DNA of 64,000 nucleotides. Source: Savitreella phatthalungensis. Its lineage: Eukaryota. The notes under the pieces were generated by a model. It worked only from the letters and a program-made list of their open reading frames with translations. It had not been told where the DNA came from and made no database searches. Numbering within the stretch: position 1 is the stretch's first letter; the number at the start of each line of letters is the position of its first letter. The DNA is taken from the NCBI GenBank assembly GCA_051599415.1, contig AP039689.1, positions 496,001 to 560,000 of the forward strand, written 5' to 3'. Below are positions 56,724-64,000 of the stretch, in pieces. Position numbers and translations under genes: made by a program.

Positions 56724-58342
56724 GCAGGTCGATCTCTCAATGGAAGGAATGTGTTCGTATACGTATCCTTGTCCCAGTAATGACGTCGCGCTGATCCGCG
56801 CTCTCAGTCCAGACGGGACGAACCAATTATCAATTTGCAGCGAGTGACACGATTCTACGGCCCGAAGATCCGTGCGATCATCAGAACATCGAACTATCCT
56901 GTCACGCTTACCGCTGTGGTCAGCTTGTTTTCGAACTCAAATACCCTTGAATTCGATATCGGTGAACCTCGTGCGGAAATCCTCACGCAATCTGAGACAC
57001 TTGAAATTGAAACTCCCAGAATGGTCGGTAAAGGCGTCGCCGGATTCCAGGAGAAATTTTTGAGGCTCACACAGGCTGGACGTACCGGGGTACAAATAAG
57101 GTTTCGGGTTCTCCAGTCGCGCTTGCAAAACCTGAATTGGAGCACTATCGCTATCGTCGAAACCTCCGCAGGACGAGGCTAAACCGGACGGCTGACGAGC
57201 TCGGGCTAGCTTGTGCTCGCTGCCAGCGATTGCGACAATCTTGCCTATGTCTCTGCATCATGATCTGCTCGAGCACTTGCAGTGGACTCGGTTTTGGTAT
57301 GTTTATGCGGTTCTCTGCTTAGCTGACTACATGTCCTATGGGTTGCAGCTTTATGACTAGATCGTCTGCCTCGTCAATAACAATCAGAGTTTCTCCCTTC
57401 TGGTCCAAATGCAGCTCCTTTCTACTCTGACCGTGATAGCTGGGCTGATTCGATCTCTAGAATTTATGCAAACTCCAAAGCTCGTGAGTTATCAGTCATT
57501 GGGAACAGGATGGTCGCTGCTCGGCGACCGTCATTAAGACCGATCATCGCAGAATAACGCTGTTGCCACTACCTTAGCTTTGACAGTGTGTTGTTGCTGC
57601 TGCTGCTTACAGTTCGCTGCATGGGTTGTGCTGAGCGCACGCACGATATGCTGCGACAAGGGGTCTGTGAACATACATATATCATGCGATAAGGTTTTCC
57701 TGAAGTGGAACGGAATACGGCCTGGGCTCAATACTCTTGAGGCGCCAATAGACTGAGGCCTCTCAGGAACTCTGGACGAAAAGACTTATTATGGACTAAT
57801 AGATGTCATTGCAAGGTGCTTCGTGCAGTGCAGCGTGCCAATCCCACGAAACGCCTCTTCACGGTCAATGGGCTATTGTTGGTGATCAGGTGCGTCGTCG
57901 TTCAGACCTGTTATTGCGCACACGGCAATTGTTTCAGGCTTCGCAGAGACTCAAGTTGTAATTCGTCTCGACATCGTGAGCGTGATCATGTATGTATGAG
58001 CATAGTATGCTCGCAGCATACGATATGCTACATCATACCCTTGCGCAACTGTCGCATAGCCCTTGTCTAATAAGAGTGCGGATATCTCGCTTTATCATCG
58101 GCTTGCCGCGCTGCCAATCTGGTGCTCTCCACTCATTCCATGGTGAGAAATACGGCTGCTGAGACGCTGCCGAGGTTGAACATTTTGACAAGCCCGACGT
58201 GCTGAACAACTCGAGGCTAGGACATGGATGACGCATTGTGAGACAGCACGGCTCGATGAAATCAGACTAAACCTGAGCTCGCTCCCAGACAAGCTTCTCT
58301 GCTGCATTTCGGTTCAATGCCGAAATAAAACATCGATTCTTC

Positions 58343-59482
58343 TCAGACAGTTTGCATGTCTTTGCTGCCATCCATGAAGCCTTCCCATCTGCCGAGCAGA
58401 TGCCACCATCTCTCGACCAGAAGTTGCGGCAATCCTGCCGGATTCCCAACAAACCAAAACTTGTCGTGCAAGGAAGCGCAATGGTTATGAAGATCTTCCT
58501 CGTTTGGAACGCTGCACGACCATCTGCCTGGAGTGAAGATTCTCCACGGCATGGGCCCTCTGGATCTGAAGACATAATTGAGTAAACCCATTTCCATGAA
58601 TGAAGTGTCGAAGCGAGCGCCGCCAGAAAATCTGCCATGCGCGGCATCACCGTGAGGTCCCCCGACCTCGAGCACGGTCATCACGTAGTTGAACAGCTGT
58701 CGATCAGGCTTCATCATCCAAAATCCACCCTGGAGAGAGGTGTCGATGTCGACAGGCCTCGGATGCGGCGGATCCCGCGTGCCCTGTTCGCCGACGCTGG
58801 CAAATAAGTAAGTCAACGGCAGGGGAGGTTCATCGGGAAGCAAGCCGTTCTCGATGGGGTCCCGCATGAGCGGCTCTCTCGTGCTGATCGGGACAGCCTC
58901 AGGCTCATCCCAGATGTCGTCGAGGGGCCTGGTAAGCATCATGTCGGTGTCCAAATAGAGCATCTTGTCGAACTCTGTCATATTGAACCATTGCAATTTT
59001 GCAAATTGGTCCGCCCACCGATCGCTCCCAGGCGTGGATTGCCATGTTCTGGGCATAATCGGATCGATCCATTTCACAATTGCGCCCTCGGATTCCAGCA
59101 GGCTCGCAACCTTGGCGGGAACGTGAGGCAGGAGGCCGACGACAAACGGTATGGCTCGCTGTGTTCGGGTCTCTGGATGGTGCAGTAGCTGATAGAGCAG
59201 GAGACGGGTCAGCAAGATGTAAATGTCACCCTCAATCTCCTCATCAGAATCATCTCGCAGGTGTGATGATAGCAAAGTCGAATACGCAAATCGATTGCTC
59301 GCGCTAGAACTCGTTACGGTGTCCATCGGCTGTGCATCGAGCGGGGTCAATACAGCTCGCAATGCTGCAGTTGATAGAGTGCGCATGCTATTGGAGCTCA
59401 TGAGCATGAAAGCTAAAGCACACGCTATCATTACCGCGCACAGGAAAGATGTCAACCTGCGCCCGGCGAGGTGAGCGAACAT
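58343..59482 (-). CDS. Type II membrane glycosyltransferase family 8
   Basis: N-terminal TM anchor; RWADQFAKL.WF...FDKMLYLDTD (DxD), EMGLLNYVF, SLHDKFW. Confidence 0.8.
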   Translation of the reverse strand: MFAHLAGRRLTSFLCAVMIACALAFMLMSSNSMRTLSTAALRAVLTPLDAQPMDTVTSSSASNRFAYSTLLSSHLRDDSDEEIEGDIYILLTRLLLYQLLHHPETRTQRAIPFVVGLLPHVPAKVASLLESEGAIVKWIDPIMPRTWQSTPGSDRWADQFAKLQWFNMTEFDKMLYLDTDMMLTRPLDDIWDEPEAVPISTREPLMRDPIENGLLPDEPPLPLTYLFASVGEQGTRDPPHPRPVDIDTSLQGGFWMMKPDRQLFNYVMTVLEVGGPHGDAAHGRFSGGARFDTSFMEMGLLNYVFRSRGPMPWRIFTPGRWSCSVPNEEDLHNHCASLHDKFWFVGNPAGLPQLLVERWWHLLGRWEGFMDGSKDMQTV

Positions 59483-60465
59483 CTCCCTCCAGGCTCTCGT
59501 CTTTTTTCTTGGGACAACTTACAACGCGGCTCTTTGTCAGATTCTTACACCACAACTGAGCTAGAACGTGGGTAGGTCGTCAGGCAAGCAGATTTGTTAG
59601 TGCAATGATTGATCTTTCAGCAATAGTTTAGCGTAGCTTCGAACGAAAGACCAATTGCCATGCATTTGTCAGTGCTCGATGGTGTATACACTCTGATGTC
59701 ATCTGACAATATGCAGTCCAACTTGTCACTGAGTTGTCGGCTTCGCGAGCCGAGGAAAGGCGCCTATCGAACACCCAGCCTCGACAGGGAGTTCTTATGT
59801 TTCGGTCAGCGTAAAGTCAGTTGCGCCTGTTGTGGTCACTTTGAATTGCTTTGTGTCGCAACCTACCGCCCATCTGACAATTGCTACGACTGCAACACTC
59901 TTGAAGGCGAATTACTCGGAACTCTTCATGCGCATAACCCGAAAGTTTCTTCAATTTCGCTTATCTCACACTAAGTTGATTGCTGGAAGCACATATCTCT
60001 CCATGCTTTTTTGGGTGCATGGTGCAGAGTGGGGCTCAGATATCATCGAACGTCCGTACGGTCTATGATATGATCTCACCGAACCGGCAATCTACGAAAG
60101 CTCAAGCAGGCCATAGCTCGATACTGACTTCCTCTTTGAGGCTCGAATTGCCCACTGATTTGATCCACCCTTTCAGATAATTTCAAAATTCAAATATAGC
60201 TGACATATAATTCAACTTGAAGTTGCACATACATGGGTCACTGCATGCACCAGGGTTTCGAGATGTGTTCGGCGGTCAGCACGTGTTTCAGGGTGTCTGA
60301 TGAATGCGATCGGGAGAAGTCTAAGGGAGCGAGCGTGAGAAGATCTACTCTGGATAATGCAAGGACTTCTGATTTTGTCATTCTCTGGACGAGTTGTCGA
60401 GACGAAACATTAACGACATCAATTCACCTACTGTTTAACCCACGCACTGTTTCTAACATATCAAC

Positions 60466-60909
60466 ATGGCCCCCAAGCTTCCTTCATCCGGTGACAAGGC
60501 CAACAAGGCAGCCAAGGCTGTCGCCAAAGGCACTTTCAGCAATGTGACGAAGAAGGTGCGTACGAACACAACCTTCCGTCGCCCGAAGACTCTGTCGCTA
60601 GCTCGCAAGCCGGCTTACCCGCGCAAGTCGGTTACCTCTCTTCCTCGACTCGATGCTCACAAGATTATCGTGGCACCTCTGAACACGGAGTCTGCCATGA
60701 AGAAAATCGAGGAGAACAACACTCTCGTTTTCATTGTTGATATCAAATCCAACAAGCGTCAAATCAAGGAGGCTATCAAAACACTGTACGATGTACAGGC
60801 CATCAACATCAACACACTTATCCGTCCTGATGGCACGAAGAAGGCTTATATTCGCCTTTCACCAGATGTCGACGCTCTGGACGTTGCCAACACAATCGGT
60901 TATGTCTGA
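60466..60909 (+). CDS. RPL25: 60S ribosomal protein uL23 (L25/L23a)
   Basis: [43 protein letters not shown]. Confidence 0.97.
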   Translation: MAPKLPSSGDKANKAAKAVAKGTFSNVTKKVRTNTTFRRPKTLSLARKPAYPRKSVTSLPRLDAHKIIVAPLNTESAMKKIEENNTLVFIVDIKSNKRQIKEAIKTLYDVQAININTLIRPDGTKKAYIRLSPDVDALDVANTIGYV

Positions 60910-62326
60910 GCTGGCGGCCCCCCTGAGCTTATAGGGTCATTATGAAAATGAAGTATGATGGTGATCAGGAGCATGCGTGCCTCTTTTCATCCCACAAGTC
61001 GGTTATCTCCGGAGTGCCGCAATATTGACTCCTTCGTGCAAAGCTTTTGTGCATGTTCCTGAAGGGCGAGCTATCGTTCGTTTGATAGTTGGATGCCATC
61101 TAGTATGTGAGGAACAGCTTTCACAAGTGAAGATTAATAGCTGAGTCTGCTCACCATGCAACTCTCAAGACAAACGTCGTGCTTGAAAACTTCCCGAGCG
61201 TGGCTGCAGCCTGTTGTCCAGCAGGGAGCGGGACGCAGGACAGCGATATGGATCTCGGTTGGACGGATGTCTGCTGTCCTGCATACCCATGAGTCTCTTG
61301 CCGTAATTACTCAGTCAGCGGAAAGTCATCTGTTCACGGACTGCGGTGTGATATACGGCATTTGACAACGACATAACAACATTATTGAAGCTTTGCACTT
61401 GAAACTTGATACAATATCGCCGCCTTTGTTGCCCTAGGACACTCAAGCCGGGCACAGGAGACGGGCGGAGCATCGCGTGACAAAGAAGGATGCGCGCAGA
61501 AATCTATTATGGTCCTTCTACCGAGGTGAGTCACGACTCGATGCGACCATTGCCGCCGGTCAGGCAGCACGTTCTTGTTACGATCCTTCGAAACAGTGTC
61601 CTCCGTAGAAGTACCAACAGCAAGCTGCCTCAAAGCTATCAGACTGCATCTGTCGATTTGTCTCAGGCTTGACAGGTGCTCTTGCTCCTGTGCTGGGCAT
61701 TCGGAGTTTCTACATATGCGCATTATGTGGTCGCTATCCAGCTGCACGAACTAAGACATTGTACAAATTACGTCAAGCCCGCGTGTCGCGCCTTCTCGGC
61801 ATGTAAGCGTGGCCTGTGTCTTATCCCTGACCACGCCATGAGAGCTCGGACAGGCCCGAAACAAAAGAGAGTTTATATGTCGTATCAAACTTCCCTTAAT
61901 AAATCCTCTCTAATTCGACCTACCGAAACTCGATTGCACGCATTTATAGGTGCGCTTGAGGGATGCTTTTGAATCGTGGTCAGGATTGAATAAACCGCAA
62001 ATTTGAGGCTTGTTCAGGCAAATCGAGTCAAAGTCGGATGGCTGTGCAGTACTGCAGCCCCTGCCTCCAGTCTTTTCAGCGTGAGCGTATCGAGTGCAAA
62101 ACAGCTGTATTCTCGAGCAAATTGTCGTCCTCTTGGCACAACAATAGAGCGAGCCCCTTCCTTACGGCTCGACAAGCATCTTCTTTTGGGAGCACGCTGC
62201 GCGCAGGGCTTCATTGCAGACGGTTGGTGCAGCCATTGATTCTTCTTCGGCTAAATCTTCTCCAATTTCGTCCTGCGCCTGTCCCTTCTTTTCGCGCTCC
62301 ATTTCCTGGCCTTTAGTCGTTCCGCT

Positions 62327-63886
62327 ATGTCCTTGAAGCAGCAACCGGCTTCATCTTCGGCGCAGCCAAGCACAGTGATACCAGCACCGCAGCAGCAGCT
62401 GCAGACAGCACAGCTTTCAATTCCGTCTGTCAGTGGTGAGCAGTTCGATCAGCAAAAGCTTCCTGCAAGCGAGGCTATCCAAACGGGGATGTTTGTTGGA
62501 CCTGATGGCCTCTCGCACGATTCTGGTGGTGCTGCTGAGCAGGAGTATCACAACGAGCCGGTCATGACTGATCAGCAGCGCCCTGCTGCTACACTCGAGA
62601 AGACGACACTCTGGATGGGCGAGCTTGAGCCGTGGATAGACGAGGGCTTTGTCCGGCAAGTCTGGTTCAATCTAGGTGAGCAGGTGAATGTCAAAATGAT
62701 TCGTGACAAATACACCGGGAATGCTGGCTACTGCTTCGTTGATTTCTCCAGTCAGGCCGCCGCGCAAAAGGCAATTACATACAACGGCACGCTGATACCA
62801 AATTCCAACAGAACCTTCAAGCTCAATTGGGCAAGCGGGGGCGGCCTGGCTGACCGTGTCAATCGTGAAGATCGTGGTCCGGAGCACTCGATTTTCGTCG
62901 GTGATCTAGCGCACGATATAACTGAGTATCATTTGGTCTCCCTCTTCCGCCAGCGGTATGAATCATGTAAAGCCGCAAAAATCATGACCGACCCACTATC
63001 CGGCCTTTCGCGCGGCTACGGATTCGTGCGATTTGCCGATGAAGTGGATCAACAACGCGCCCTAACTGAGATGCAGGGCGTGTATTGTGGAAATCGACCC
63101 ATGCGCATTTCGACTGCGACGCCGAAGAACAAGTCTGGTAGTGGGCCTATCCTCCCCGTGGCGCAGCCGCTGATGAATGGTGGTTTGGGCGGGATGCAGC
63201 ATGCTGCAGCTCAGTCTGGACAGAGCGGACTTGCTATGATGCATATGGGCTTGCAGCCCATGGGATTCTACGGATTGCCACAGCCAATGAATCAATTCAC
63301 CGATCCGAACAACACGACGGTCTTCGTCGGAGGCCTGTCGGGCTACGTATCCGAGGACGAGCTTCGCTCTTTCTTTCAAGGCTTTGGCGAGATCACTTAC
63401 GTGAAGATCCCTCCAGGAAAAGGCTGCGGCTTTGTCCAATTCGTGCAACGTCATGCGGCTGAAATGGCAATCAACCAAATGCAAGGATATCCCATCGGCA
63501 ACTCGCGTGTACGTTTGTCCTGGGGTCGGTCGCAGAACAATTCCGGACCAGCAGGCAGCCCATATCGACCGGCTCCCCCGCCGCCTGTATATGCATCTCT
63601 AAGCATACCGCCGCAGCACCAATACTCGCCATTCAGTCCAATGAATCCTCAGGCACCACATCATGCCCAAACTCCCTATCTAGGTGCTCCGCATGGATTA
63701 CCGGGACAATCGTCCGGGATTGGCAACGCTTCTGGTACGCACACCAATGTATCACCGCCTCAGCCAGACTCTTTGGAGCCAATCGCGCAGCATCAAATGA
63801 ATGAAATGTATGGCAGCGGCCGAGAGCAGATGGTCACTTCCATGGACAACGATTCTCGTCAATACGGGGGTATCTATGCAAATTAG
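62327..63886 (+). CDS. Triple-RRM RNA-binding protein (Nam8/Ngr1/Csx1-like)
   Basis: TLWMGELEPW, GYCFVDF, FKLNWASGG, SIFVGDL, SRGYGFVRF, DPNNTTVFVGGL, GKGCGFVQF, RVRLSWGR. Confidence 0.92.
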   Translation: MSLKQQPASSSAQPSTVIPAPQQQLQTAQLSIPSVSGEQFDQQKLPASEAIQTGMFVGPDGLSHDSGGAAEQEYHNEPVMTDQQRPAATLEKTTLWMGELEPWIDEGFVRQVWFNLGEQVNVKMIRDKYTGNAGYCFVDFSSQAAAQKAITYNGTLIPNSNRTFKLNWASGGGLADRVNREDRGPEHSIFVGDLAHDITEYHLVSLFRQRYESCKAAKIMTDPLSGLSRGYGFVRFADEVDQQRALTEMQGVYCGNRPMRISTATPKNKSGSGPILPVAQPLMNGGLGGMQHAAAQSGQSGLAMMHMGLQPMGFYGLPQPMNQFTDPNNTTVFVGGLSGYVSEDELRSFFQGFGEITYVKIPPGKGCGFVQFVQRHAAEMAINQMQGYPIGNSRVRLSWGRSQNNSGPAGSPYRPAPPPPVYASLSIPPQHQYSPFSPMNPQAPHHAQTPYLGAPHGLPGQSSGIGNASGTHTNVSPPQPDSLEPIAQHQMNEMYGSGREQMVTSMDNDSRQYGGIYAN

Positions 63887-64000
63887 AGTATCAAATGAGC
63901 AGCTAAGCTGCACGATCCCTAAGTCGGGTCAAGTTTGGTCACGAAAAGTCGGCCTGTGATTATTCGGAAATCAGGCATAGAGAATCGCGATAGTTTTGTA

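Noticed and set aside
1..64000. tRNA, rRNA genes and CRISPR arrays
   Set aside because: No cloverleaf, rRNA or repeat-spacer pattern seen by eye; tRNAscan-SE/Infernal would be needed to exclude small RNAs

Overview
Gene-dense eukaryotic (fungal) chromosomal segment with about 27 recognisable protein-coding genes, short intergenic spaces and few, very short (42-55 nt) GT-AG introns with CTRAC-type branch points. This architecture suggests a compact ascomycete, possibly Taphrinomycotina (Taphrina/Protomyces-like); the lineage is an inference. Housekeeping genes include a TRM140-type tRNA methyltransferase, FYV4, trimethyllysine dioxygenase, MRPL25, an ArfGAP-UBA protein, ATG1, GEN1/YEN1, a GCK/Ste20 kinase, taxilin, a Chk2/Cds1-type kinase, POL31, a DEAH helicase, SPT8, VMA11, a NoxB-type NADPH oxidase, an ACSF3-like synthetase, Artemis, a GT8 enzyme, RPL25 and a Nam8/Ngr1-like RRM protein. 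Accessory elements are a secreted protein with eight 4-Cys repeats, a nest of solo LTRs (one with a perfect 5-bp TSD), a complete pogo/Fot1 transposon with a nonsense codon, and a GH32 invertase broken by one in-frame TAA. The most striking observation is a single uninterrupted ORF fusing the mitochondrial presequence protease Cym1/PreP to a complete Isa2 Fe-S carrier domain, a candidate new mitochondrial tandem (polyprotein) precursor. All family calls come from motif recognition only; no searches were run.
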